Positions 1-8,080 of a stretch of 47,338 nt of DNA are shown in pieces. This stretch comes from Planctomycetota bacterium (GTDB lineage Bacteria; Planctomycetota; SZUA-567; H5-PLA8). The notes under the pieces were generated by a model. That model was not told the origin of the DNA, searched no databases, and was given only the letters and a program-made list of their open reading frames with translations. Location of the stretch: contig JAZDLP010000167.1 of assembly GCA_043801885.1 (NCBI GenBank), positions 1 through 47,338 on the forward strand, written 5' to 3'. Position numbers and translations under genes: made by a program. How positions within the stretch are numbered: position 1 is the first letter of the stretch; each line of letters begins with the position of its first letter.

Positions 1-212
1 ACTGTGTTGGGTGTGTTGGTTGTGGTATCGAGCAAACCAACGCCAGTGAGCGGCGTGCCGGTATCGGTGAGTTGTAATTTACTGTTTGTGCCCAGACGAA
101 AAGTACCGTTGACGAGCATTGAGCCGGTTGTCACTGTGATACCGGCGCCTTGAATGACGATGCCGGGATAGCTTGCTGATATTTCGATACGCTTCACGGT
201 CACGTTACTATC

Positions 213-239
213 GAGAGGCAGGCGAGACGCCTGCGGTAC
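213..239. repeat. 27-nt palindromic element (GAGAGGCAGGCGAGACGCCTGCGGTAC), copy 1, inside an ORF
   Basis: Core hairpin is GCAGGCG-AGA-CGCCTGC. Related copies lie at 3132-3159, 16030-16056 and 46129-46155. Confidence 0.85.
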
Positions 240-376
240 GGACGTTGTAGTATTAATGATTCAGTTGCTGTTGCCACCACTATTAAAGAAAACTTTGTCG
301 CCGCTTTCGGGAATTGCAACTCCGCCAGCACCGCCGGAAGCAACCGACCAGTTGGCGCTGGCGCTCCATTTACTTA

Positions 377-391
377 CCCCCCCCCCCCCCC
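377..391. repeat. 15-nt C/G homopolymer inside the surface protein gene
   Basis: Direct count gives c377 to c391. G14 or G17 would fuse the signal peptide to the downstream frame. Confidence 0.9.
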
Positions 392-583
392 GTACCGACC
401 CAGTAGCGTTCCGCCGCCTGAGCCGCAGGCGCCAAGCAATTCAACACGCTCAACACCAACGTCGCTGCCACAACTCGGCAAAGTCCGATATGTCGTAAAT
501 TCATCATGCATTCTCCGAAAAAACACACATACTGCTATCGAGATTTCAGTCGATGCTCAACGTACTCCCGTCGCCCTATATGC

Positions 584-1141
584 TTATTTATAAAACAGGT
601 ATTTTGAGCTTTGCTGCAGAATGAAGTCTACGCCGAAAACATAGATCGTTAGAGCGGCGATGACGATTAACACCACGTAAGTCGCTCCCCACACCTGTGT
701 GTCCGGCTTGAACCACGGCGTGATCTTCGGCCAGTTCACCTTCCCTAGTTCGCTGTCGGTTTTGACCAAAAACTCTGCTGTATTCCGTTTGAGATATATA
801 AAATAATAACCAATTAATAAGCCGACAGTGGCTACCAGCATCGTGCCTGCCGCAGCGACCCAACGCGCGCAAACCATATTATAAGTCCAAGCCGTCAGAA
901 ATCCGAGATGGATTGCGCTGAAGATGCCATCGAAGAAATCACGCACGAACACCCAGTTGTAAAACCAATGATGACACGCAAAACCAACATAGGCCATAAT
1001 AACCACCATCATGCCTAATCGAGTAGCATAACCTTCGCCCGGCTTATACACTTGGAAAATACTGCGTGAGCCTTCGCGAGATTCTTCAGAAGTAGATACG
1101 GTAGTAGTGATTGTCGCAGTGGACATCTTCTCTTTTTTCAC
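584..1141 (-). CDS. secE: preprotein translocase subunit SecE (three-TM form)
   Basis: C-terminal motif FLVKTDSELGKVNWPK followed by a TM helix. Sits in the conserved position after tRNA-Trp. GTG start at 1141; alternative ATG at 1126. Confidence 0.85.
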   Translation of the reverse strand: MKKEKMSTATITTTVSTSEESREGSRSIFQVYKPGEGYATRLGMMVVIMAYVGFACHHWFYNWVFVRDFFDGIFSAIHLGFLTAWTYNMVCARWVAAAGTMLVATVGLLIGYYFIYLKRNTAEFLVKTDSELGKVNWPKITPWFKPDTQVWGATYVVLIVIAALTIYVFGVDFILQQSSKYLFYK

Positions 1142-1178
1142 ACCTATATCTTTCTATATTGCCAATTAACGTAGTGAT

Positions 1179-1254
1179 TGGCAGGGGCGGAGGGACTCGA
1201 ACCCCCAACCTGCCGCTTTGGAGACGGCTGCTCTGCCAATTGAGCTACACCCCT
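1179..1254 (-). tRNA. tRNA-Trp (anticodon CCA), CCA end encoded
   Basis: Manual cloverleaf: acceptor AGGGGTG/CGCCCCT, D arm GCTC..GAGC, anticodon loop CTCCAAA, T loop TTCGAGT. Confidence 0.9.
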
Positions 1255-1303
1255 ATTATTAGCACGGATAAGCCGCAACCAAAAGCGCATCGCGAGTAAC
1301 CGT

Positions 1304-1453
1304 CTACACTTTCCGGCTCTTATGCAGCATATGCTTGTGGCATTTGCGACAGTACTTCTTCAATTCCAACTTCTTCCCGCCCTTAGTATCAAGAGTGGTC
1401 ATATAGTTACGGCCTTTGCACTCTATACATTCAAGTATGATAGCTTCACGCAT
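1304..1453 (-). CDS. rpmG: 50S ribosomal protein L33 (zinc-ribbon type), 49 aa; too short for the ORF track
   Basis: Manual translation gives MREAIILECIECKGRNYMTTLDTKGGKKLELKKYCRKCHKHMLHKSRKV with a CxxC...CxxC pattern. Located between tuf and tRNA-Trp as in many bacteria. Confidence 0.9.
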   Translation of the reverse strand: MREAIILECIECKGRNYMTTLDTKGGKKLELKKYCRKCHKHMLHKSRKV

Positions 1454-1467
1454 GGCTGTTTTTTTCC

Positions 1468-2688
1468 TTACTTCAGAACCTTAATAACCACGCCGGAACC
1501 AACCGTGCGGCCGCCTTCGCGAATGGCGAAGCGCAGATTTTCCTGCATGGCAACGGGACAATTAGGCTCAAGCTCTACTAACACCTTGATGTTGTCGCCG
1601 GGCATGCACATTTCAGCCGGTTTGCCTTCGGCATTAATCAACGCGGCTACTTTGCCAGTCACGTCAGTCGTCCGAAAATAAAACTGCGGACGATAACCGG
1701 GGAAGAATGGCGTATGCCGACCGCCTTCATCTTTCGATAACACATACACCTGGCCTTCGAATTGTGTGTGTGGAGTGATCGAACCGGGCTTGCAGAGTAC
1801 TTGGCCGCGCCGAAGTTGATCTTTTTCAACGCCACGCAGCAACAGCCCAACATTGTCGCCAGCTTCACCGGAATCCAATATTTTATTAAACATTTCCACG
1901 CCAGTGCAGACCGTCTTCTGAATTTCTTCATGCAATCCAACGATTTCCAGCGGATCGCCAACCTTAATTACACCCTGTTCGATACGACCGGTACCGACTG
2001 TGCCGCGACCTTTGATTGAGAACACGTCTTCGATCGGCATCTGAAACGGCGCATCCTTGGCGCGTTTTGGTTCAGGAATATAATCATCCAACGCTTGAAG
2101 CAATTCTTTAATGGGCGCGGTGTGTTTCGGATCTTGAGGGTTCTCCAGCGCAGCTTTGCTCTGCCCGCGGATCACGGGAATCTTATCGCCGGGGAAACCG
2201 TACTTAGTCAGCAGATCGCGAATTTCCATCTCGACCAAATCCAGCAGGTCATTGTCATCCACAAGATCAACTTTGTTGAGAAAAACGACAAGAGCAGGCA
2301 CGTTCACCTGGCGAGCCAGCAGCACGTGTTCACGAGTCTGAGGCATCGGGCCGTCAGCAGCCGAAACCACTAGAATGGCGCCGTCCATCTGCGCCGCGCC
2401 TGTGATCATATTTTTGATAAAATCGGCGTGGCCTGGGCAATCAATGTGAGCGTAATGGCGCTTGGAAGTTTCATATTCTGTATGAGATACGGCGATAGTT
2501 ACGGTCTTGTTGGCATCGCGGACCGTACCGCCTTTGGTGATCTCCGCGTAAGTGCGGGACTTGGCCAACCCGACTGCCGATTGCACCGCCACCATTGCAG
2601 CGGTCAAAGTGGATTTGCCATGATCAATGTGGCCGATAGTGCCCACATTCACGTGCGGTTTGGTGCGTTTAAAGATATCTTTAGCCAT
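1468..2688 (-). CDS. tuf: elongation factor Tu
   Basis: [14 protein letters not shown] and NKVD GTPase motifs; full-length 406 aa. Confidence 0.98.
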   Translation of the reverse strand: MAKDIFKRTKPHVNVGTIGHIDHGKSTLTAAMVAVQSAVGLAKSRTYAEITKGGTVRDANKTVTIAVSHTEYETSKRHYAHIDCPGHADFIKNMITGAAQMDGAILVVSAADGPMPQTREHVLLARQVNVPALVVFLNKVDLVDDNDLLDLVEMEIRDLLTKYGFPGDKIPVIRGQSKAALENPQDPKHTAPIKELLQALDDYIPEPKRAKDAPFQMPIEDVFSIKGRGTVGTGRIEQGVIKVGDPLEIVGLHEEIQKTVCTGVEMFNKILDSGEAGDNVGLLLRGVEKDQLRRGQVLCKPGSITPHTQFEGQVYVLSKDEGGRHTPFFPGYRPQFYFRTTDVTGKVAALINAEGKPAEMCMPGDNIKVLVELEPNCPVAMQENLRFAIREGGRTVGSGVVIKVLK

Positions 2689-2804
2689 GATCTATCATCT
2701 CCTGAAAAACTAAAAAAATGCGGGAATCCCACCACTATGTTAAATTCTCTTTTATTCGAACAACTTTTTTTCTACAACACTACCTGCACCAGCATATGTT
2801 ATTA

Positions 2805-2880
2805 TGGAGCTGCGAATGGGAATTGAACCCATGACCTCGTCCTTACCAAGGACGTGCTCTACCTGCTGAGCTATCGCAGC
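2805..2880 (-). tRNA. tRNA-Thr (anticodon GGT), CCA end encoded
   Basis: Manual cloverleaf: acceptor GCTGCGA/TCGCAGC, D arm GCTC AGCAGGTA GAGC, anticodon loop TTGGTAA, T loop TTCAATT. Sits upstream of tuf. Confidence 0.9.
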
Positions 2881-3010
2881 GCAAACTTGCGCCGCCAAAG
2901 TATGGCGACGTACCCCCGCGGATAGAGCCAACGGCACTAACTATACGAACATCATAAACTGCTGTCAAGTGTCGTTCCGTCAAAAACAATAACTGCGCTA
3001 CCAACTGTTA

Positions 3011-3106
3011 AAAATTTTGGTAACCGTTCACCACAGAGGCACAGAGACCTGCCAAGCCGCTGTAGCGTAGGCATCCTTGCATGCACTGGACGGTTACAAA
3101 ATTTTT
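3011..3106. mobile_element. MITE-like hairpin element with GTAACCGT ends (copy A)
   Basis: Left end TTTTGGTAACCGTTCACCACAGAGGCACAGAGA, right end GGACGGTTACAAAATTTTT. Inverted termini, no coding capacity. Confidence 0.7.
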
Positions 3107-3131
3107 ACGTGAAGCAAAGATTTTGTATAGT

Positions 3132-3159
3132 GAGATTGCGGGCGAGACGCCTGTGGCAC
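3132..3159. repeat. palindromic element, variant copy (GAGATTGCGGGCGAGACGCCTGTGGCAC)
   Basis: Sequence similarity to 213-239. Intergenic, 74 nt upstream of the 3233 start. Confidence 0.75.
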
Positions 3160-3232
3160 AAGAATTATCCTAAAGAAAACTTGAAATAATGCCGACATAG
3201 AAATAAACGAGAACTTTTAAAGGAGAGAGAAC

Positions 3233-3598
3233 ATGACTATCAACAGAATCGTTGCTTTTGTCACAATAATTCTGGCGTTTGCGATTAGTACGACTACGCA
3301 CGCTGAAGACGATGCGGCCAAGCAGGCTCAGAAAGAAAAGGAGCGCGTGGCCAAGGCTACCGTCGAGGACAACAAGGAAAAGACTGAGAAACTTGTCAAG
3401 GAAAAAGAGAAAGCCGATAAGCTCGCCAAAGAAGAAAAAGAAAAAACAGACCAGCTCGTTAAAAATAAAGACAAACAAAAGAATGAAGAACATCACGGCG
3501 GCAACTGGTTCACGAGCTTCTGGATTCACGATGTCGGCGGAACCATCGGTAACGGGCTGAAGGTCGGCGTCAATAAGATTAAACGCACCTTCGACTAA
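3233..3598 (+). CDS. small secreted Lys/Glu-rich protein, function unknown
   Basis: AAAGGAGAGAGAACATG RBS. Signal peptide MTINRIVAFVTIILAFAISTTTHA followed by a KE-rich helical region. The antisense ORF 3170-3649 has no RBS and is Phe-rich. Confidence 0.65.
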   Translation: MTINRIVAFVTIILAFAISTTTHAEDDAAKQAQKEKERVAKATVEDNKEKTEKLVKEKEKADKLAKEEKEKTDQLVKNKDKQKNEEHHGGNWFTSFWIHDVGGTIGNGLKVGVNKIKRTFD

Positions 3599-3733
3599 CC
3601 CGGCATGGTTCAAAAGCAATAGTTTTTGGGTAACATATACATCTTTCAAAGATGGCTAAAGCCACTTTTTCCGACAGACTGGCGAATGATATCCGAGCCG
3701 CGATCATTCGTAAGGGCGGTTCGCGAACTGCCC

Positions 3734-6700
3734 CTACTTCATCGCGCCGCCTTTGCCAGCGACGGCCTTGTAATTTTGCGACAAGGTCTTTTTCAATATC
3801 TCGCCGTTGAAGATCACGGTTACAGGAACGGTTACCGTCGTGGAAGTGGTCGCGTTGACCAGTCCGGCAGCGGCAAGAGTCGCGGCGAAATTGCCCTTCG
3901 TCAACTTCATAACGAATTTGGAGACTTGCAGCGGCGTCACGCCCTTACTGGACTTCACGTTAATCACAAACATGTCGTTGCCCTTCGGCGACGCGCCCTT
4001 CACGCCCAAGACAAACGATTTCAGCACACCGCCAATGACCACAAACACTTTTTTGCCGGAGACACTGAAGCCATCCGGAACCAGTAGCCCGCCGCTCAAG
4101 CCGATGGCATCGTTTAAGCCCGGTTTGGCGAAGTTTAGTTTGATCAACGCTTTAAGAACCGACAGCGTCTTAACTACGCTCGCCGTGGCAAGTGAACCTG
4201 TTGGCGTGTCGGCCGCATTGTTGGGATTGGTTCCTACGGCGGTTTCAAACGAGTCCGAGAACCCGTCGCCGTCAGTGTCAATACCAGTACCCACGATTGC
4301 GCCAACGATGGTTACGGCTACGGCGCCGCTGGTGTGGACGCCGAGGATGTCCGTTACCGTCACTGTCGCCGTGAAAACTCCCGCGGTCGTATAGGCGTGC
4401 GTGACTGTCGCACCAGTGCCGGTCGTACCGTCGCCGAAGTTCCACGTCAGCGTCAAAGCGCCAAATCCACCCGTTGCCGCCGCCGTAAACGACACGGTCT
4501 CTCCCACGCTCGCCGGATTGGGCGTGGCGGTCGGGCCTGAAAGAAATGCAATGGTTGCCGGCTGAGCCACATATACCATGCCCGTCAGTAGTCCGGACGC
4601 CCCTAACGAGTTCCCCGGCTGCGTAATCGGCGCCGACAAAGCGCCCGTCGTGGTATTAACGGAGAAGGACGTCAGGTTGCGCGATGAACCGTTGGCCGCG
4701 AACAAAAATGTTCCGTTCTGGTTCAACGCGAGTGCGTCGGTGAACGTGCCGCCCGTCACAAACGGCGAACCGCTCACGGCGGCGAGAGTCGTCGCCGCGC
4801 CGCTGTTTGTAATACTGTACACGCCCACTTGATTACCGCCGCGGTCTGCCACCATGTAAAACCCGCGTGGATGCAACACGCCATGGATCGCCTCAGCAAG
4901 CCCTGAAATAAAAGGATTACCCGTGACGGCAGTGGGGATGCCGCCACTCGTGGTGAAGGCTCGCAACTGGTTGTCACCGAGGTTCGCCATAAAGATTCGT
5001 CCTGCCGAGTCCGTGGCGTAACACATAGGGTTATTCGCAGTGGTATCGAAAGGCGAGCCCGCTAGCGCAGTTAGCACACCCGTCGAGGCGTTGACACTGA
5101 AACCTGCGAAGTTGGTGTTGGTGTCTCCGCCCGTGTAGATAAAGTTCCCGTCCTGACTGAAAGCGATTGAATACGGCCTCGCCGTGCCTGTAGTGAATGG
5201 GCTGCCGATTGCGGCGGTGGCCGTCGTCGCAGTAATATTGAAACTCGCTAAATTGCCTGTATTATCGCCAATCACCAGTGGCGAGCCGCTGGGGTGCACG
5301 GCTACAGCGACCCATCCACCCGCGCCCAAAGTAATCGGACTGAACGACAGCGCCGTCAGCGTGCCAGTTGTTGGATTGATGGAGTAGGCGCTAATCGTGT
5401 TCGAGCCGCCGTTGATCACGTAGATTCGGCCATTCAATTTATCTACCACCACTCGTTCGCTGACGCCCGCCCAATCTCCATTGCCACCGGTGGCGATAGG
5501 GAAGCCGTTGAGCAACGTCAGCGCGCCGCTCGCTTCGTTCACCGCAAATCCGAAGATTTTGTTTCCCGCCACGGCATCATTCAATACATACAGCAACCCA
5601 GCCGCCGGCGGCAGCACCATCGGCGGCATATACGCCAGACCCGTGATTACGCCTGCCACGCCCAATGTGTTCCCCGTCTGCATGACCGGCGCCGACAAAG
5701 CGCCCGTCGTGGTGTTAACGGAGAAGGACGTCAGGTTACGCGAGAGCCCGTTGGCCGCGAACAAAAATGTTCCGTTCTGGTTCAACGCGAGTACGTCGGT
5801 GTAAATACCGCCCGTCGTAAACGGCGAACCGCTCACGGCGGCGAGAGTCGTCGCCGCACCACTGTTTGTAATACTGTACACGCCCACTAGATTACTGCCG
5901 CGGTCCGCCACCATGTAAAAACCTCGTGGATGCAACACGCCGTGGACCGTATCGGTAAGCCCCGAAACGAAAGGATTGCCCGTAGCGGCAGTGGGGATGC
6001 CGCCACTCGTGGTGAAGGCTCGCAACTGATTGGCACTGAAGTTCGCCATAAATATTCGCCCTGCCGAGTCCGTGGTGTAACACATAGGGTTATTCGCAGT
6101 GGTATCGAAAGGCGAGCCCGTGAGCGCAATTAGCACACCCGTCGAGGCGTTGACACTGAACCCTGCGAAGTTGGTGTTGGTGTTTCCGCCCGTGTAGATA
6201 AAGTTCCCATCCTGACTGAAAGCGATCGAGTACGGGGACGCCGTACCTGTAGTGAATGGGCTACCGGCTGCGGCGGTGGCCATCGTCGCAGTAATATTGA
6301 AACTCGCTAAATTGCCTACACTATTGCCAATCACCAGTGGCGAGCCGCTGGGGTGCACGGCCACGGCGGACCATTCACCCGCGTCCAATGTAATCGGACT
6401 GAACGACAGCGGCGTCAGCGCGCCAGTTGTTGGATTGATGGAGTAGGCGCTAATCGTGTTCGAGCCGCCGTTGATCACATAGAGTCGGCCATTCAATTTA
6501 TCTACCACCACTCGTTCGCTGATGCCAGCCCCACCTCCATTGCCACCGGTGGCAATGGGTGACCCAGAGATAGCTGTCAGCACGCCAGTACCCTCGTTCA
6601 CCGAATACCCATATATCTTGTTGCCGGCGGCGGCGTCATTCAAAGCATACAGAAAACCCGTCGCGGCAGCCTGCGCGCTGGCGACCGAGATCATCAACAC

Positions 6701-6766
6701 GAACACGCACGAGCACAGCAACGACAAACATTCAATACCACAAAACTTCGGCGCATTATTCTTCAT
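3734..6766 (-). CDS. secreted protein: two lactonase-type 7-bladed beta-propeller units, a PKD domain, a DxDxDG calcium-binding-like motif and an unknown C-terminal domain
   Basis: Signal peptide ending VASAQA. Repeated YVINGGSNTISAYSINPTTG-type blades. PKD signature WNFGDGTTGTGATVTHAYTTAGVFTATVTVTD. DTDGDGFSD motif. Confidence 0.85.
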   Translation of the reverse strand: MKNNAPKFCGIECLSLLCSCVFVLMISVASAQAAATGFLYALNDAAAGNKIYGYSVNEGTGVLTAISGSPIATGGNGGGAGISERVVVDKLNGRLYVINGGSNTISAYSINPTTGALTPLSFSPITLDAGEWSAVAVHPSGSPLVIGNSVGNLASFNITATMATAAAGSPFTTGTASPYSIAFSQDGNFIYTGGNTNTNFAGFSVNASTGVLIALTGSPFDTTANNPMCYTTDSAGRIFMANFSANQLRAFTTSGGIPTAATGNPFVSGLTDTVHGVLHPRGFYMVADRGSNLVGVYSITNSGAATTLAAVSGSPFTTGGIYTDVLALNQNGTFLFAANGLSRNLTSFSVNTTTGALSAPVMQTGNTLGVAGVITGLAYMPPMVLPPAAGLLYVLNDAVAGNKIFGFAVNEASGALTLLNGFPIATGGNGDWAGVSERVVVDKLNGRIYVINGGSNTISAYSINPTTGTLTALSFSPITLGAGGWVAVAVHPSGSPLVIGDNTGNLASFNITATTATAAIGSPFTTGTARPYSIAFSQDGNFIYTGGDTNTNFAGFSVNASTGVLTALAGSPFDTTANNPMCYATDSAGRIFMANLGDNQLRAFTTSGGIPTAVTGNPFISGLAEAIHGVLHPRGFYMVADRGGNQVGVYSITNSGAATTLAAVSGSPFVTGGTFTDALALNQNGTFLFAANGSSRNLTSFSVNTTTGALSAPITQPGNSLGASGLLTGMVYVAQPATIAFLSGPTATPNPASVGETVSFTAAATGGFGALTLTWNFGDGTTGTGATVTHAYTTAGVFTATVTVTDILGVHTSGAVAVTIVGAIVGTGIDTDGDGFSDSFETAVGTNPNNAADTPTGSLATASVVKTLSVLKALIKLNFAKPGLNDAIGLSGGLLVPDGFSVSGKKVFVVIGGVLKSFVLGVKGASPKGNDMFVINVKSSKGVTPLQVSKFVMKLTKGNFAATLAAAGLVNATTSTTVTVPVTVIFNGEILKKTLSQNYKAVAGKGGAMK
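4568..6658. repeat. tandem direct duplication, 2 x 1059 bp (353 codons), inside the beta-propeller gene
   Basis: For example, GCGAGCCGCTGGGGTGCACGG at 5281 recurs at 6340 (offset 1059). Compared stretches are more than 90 percent identical by eye. Confidence 0.9.
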
Positions 6767-6786
6767 GATTGCTTCCTTTCAATCGT

Positions 6787-6956
6787 CTTCACGCTGAAAG
6801 CGTGAAGGGTAATAGCCTGTGGCTTCAGCCACAGGACAATGATGCGTTCGTCTCTTGAGCATAACCACCCACCGCCCCTTCAGGGCGGGTAAAAAAAAAC
6901 TACCTCTTCCTGTGGCTGAAGCCACAGGCTACTTCCCTTTGCCGCTTCACGGCAAA
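6787..6956. repeat. cluster of five short hairpins, all with CTTCA/TGAAG-type loops
   Basis: Hairpins at 6787-6807, 6816-6835, 6872-6888 (followed by A9), 6909-6928 and 6938-6956. 6816-6835 and 6909-6928 are reverse complements of each other. Confidence 0.8.
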
Positions 6957-6968
6957 AGTACTGCGCAC

Positions 6969-7044
6969 GGTTATTGAGTCCAGTATAGCTAAAGAAATGC
7001 AATTTACGAGGCACAAGTTGCATTGGCTATACTGGACTCAATAG
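6969..7044. repeat. 76-bp palindromic element with TTATTGAGTCCAG / CTGGACTCAATA ends
   Basis: Inverted termini seen directly. Related copy nested at 19079-19158; partial copies at about 15957-15990 and 17073-17095. Confidence 0.8.
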
Positions 7045-7112
7045 GATTTTGGCTTTTTCTGCTGGGCAAAAAACCGAGATTTCCCCCGCACACAGTATAG
7101 CCCGACTTCCTT

Positions 7113-7167
7113 ATTCGTAATTCGTAATTCTTAATTCTTAATTCTTAATTCTTAATTCTTAATTCTT
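7113..7167. repeat. heptanucleotide microsatellite (ATTCGTA x2, ATTCTTA x6) spanning the fdnH stop codon
   Basis: Direct reading. The last 7 codons (QELRIKN) and the TAA of fdnH are made of the repeat. Confidence 0.9.
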
Positions 7168-8029
7168 GAGACTGCTCCTGCTTGATCTGTTCGCGGCGCT
7201 GCGTAATCCAATATACGCCACCGAGTACCGCGCCCAAACCCACCACTGCCGGCGCCACCGCTTTAAGCGCCGCTTCCGAATATTTGGGATAGCCGCGATC
7301 TCCAAGGTCTGTCCGGAAACCGCGTTCCGCAAAAGGAACGCTGGACAAATAAAGAGCGCCGGTTCCGCCTACTTCTTTTTCTCCATACACGTGATCCACA
7401 TAGCGTGTGGGAGTTTCTTTTATTCGACGATGCGCTTCAACCAGCAAAGCGTCTCGTTCTCCAAACAACAAACAGCCGGTGGGACAGGCTTTCACACATG
7501 CCGGAATTGTCTGCGCTTGTTGGTAACGATTCAGTGATGATTTGTCCGCCGCCTGACCGTTGATTACCTCCGGAATACTCGGCGAAAGACTGCGTTCGAG
7601 ACATCCGGTGCATTTGCGAATTTTTGGCGCCAGACTATCCCATTCAGCAGTTGGCGCTCCAAATGGACAAGCTCCAACGCAGTACCGGCAACCGATACAT
7701 TTCGACACATCATACGCGACCGGCCCTTCAGTCGTTTTGTGAAGCGCCGTGACGGGGCAAGCTGAAGCGCACGATGGTTCTAAACAATGCATGCACTGCC
7801 GCTTGGTGAACAGCCAGCGCATTTCTCCCGGCGCCTTTTTGTCGGCTACTTCATGAAACGTTACCACAGCGAACGTTTTGGCCGAGACGGCTAACGGATT
7901 CTGAAACCCCGCTCGTTCAGGTCGCAACGATGTCGTCTCAGCCGATAGTTCGTTCCATTGCTTGCAAGCCACCTGACAAGCTCGGCAGCCAATACAGCGG
8001 GTCGTATCAAAAAGACACGCTCTGCTCAT
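7145..8029 (-). CDS. fdnH: formate dehydrogenase iron-sulfur (beta) subunit, FdnH-like, with C-terminal TM anchor
   Basis: Four CxxCxxCxxxC-type ferredoxin motifs (CIGCRACQVAC, CMHCLEPSCASAC, CIGCRYCVGAC, CTGC...C). C-terminal helix AVAPAVVGLGAVLGGVYWI. Immediately downstream of the alpha subunit. Confidence 0.85.
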   Translation of the reverse strand: MSRACLFDTTRCIGCRACQVACKQWNELSAETTSLRPERAGFQNPLAVSAKTFAVVTFHEVADKKAPGEMRWLFTKRQCMHCLEPSCASACPVTALHKTTEGPVAYDVSKCIGCRYCVGACPFGAPTAEWDSLAPKIRKCTGCLERSLSPSIPEVINGQAADKSSLNRYQQAQTIPACVKACPTGCLLFGERDALLVEAHRRIKETPTRYVDHVYGEKEVGGTGALYLSSVPFAERGFRTDLGDRGYPKYSEAALKAVAPAVVGLGAVLGGVYWITQRREQIKQEQSQELRIKN

Positions 8030-8044
8030 TTTTTATCTCCAGTC

Positions 8045-8080
8045 ATTCAATCAAAAATCTAAAATCAAAAATCAAAAATT
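8045..8080. repeat. heptanucleotide microsatellite (ATCAAAA/ATCTAAA, about 5 units) in the fdnG-fdnH spacer
   Basis: Direct reading of 8050-8077, with degenerate units either side. Confidence 0.8.

Larger units (their letters stand above)
1..507 (-). pseudogene. 5' part of a secreted beta-strand-repeat (adhesin/autotransporter-like) surface protein gene, disrupted; continues past window start
   Basis: GGAG lies 6 nt upstream of ATGATG at 507. Signal peptide MMNLRHIGLCRVVAATLVLSVLNCLAPAAQA. The start frame ends at TAA (370-372) right after a G15 run (C15 on + strand, 377-391). The -1 frame continues WSASANWSVASGGAGGVAIPESGDKVFFNSGGNSN, hits an in-frame TGA (261-263), then stays open to position 1. 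Confidence 0.6.

Noticed and set aside
261-263. In-frame TGA codons (here and at 43147-43149) as evidence for a TGA-sense genetic code or selenocysteine
   Set aside because: Many confident genes in the window terminate at TGA at the expected protein ends (fdnG, coaC, ispF, maf, the MmeI-like gene and the RDD-protein gene). No SECIS-like context was identified.
256-498. 80-aa + strand ORF; likewise 1111-1299 (+) and 2752-2937 (-)
   Set aside because: The first lies antisense to the surface protein gene and spans the homopolymer. The other two overlap the tRNA-Trp and tRNA-Thr genes.
2881-3010. Additional tRNA genes upstream of tRNA-Thr (as in thrU-tyrU-glyT-thrT-tufB clusters)
   Set aside because: No T-loop (GGTTCGAAT-like) or acceptor-stem pairing could be found by eye.
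3170-3649. 159-aa minus-strand ORF
   Set aside because: The overlapping + strand ORF has a strong RBS and a signal peptide. The minus ORF has a poly-Phe tract and no RBS.
6872-6899. Hairpin plus A9 run as a rho-independent terminator
   Set aside because: On the + strand the run is A, not T. On the minus strand the T run precedes the hairpin. Neither orientation fits.
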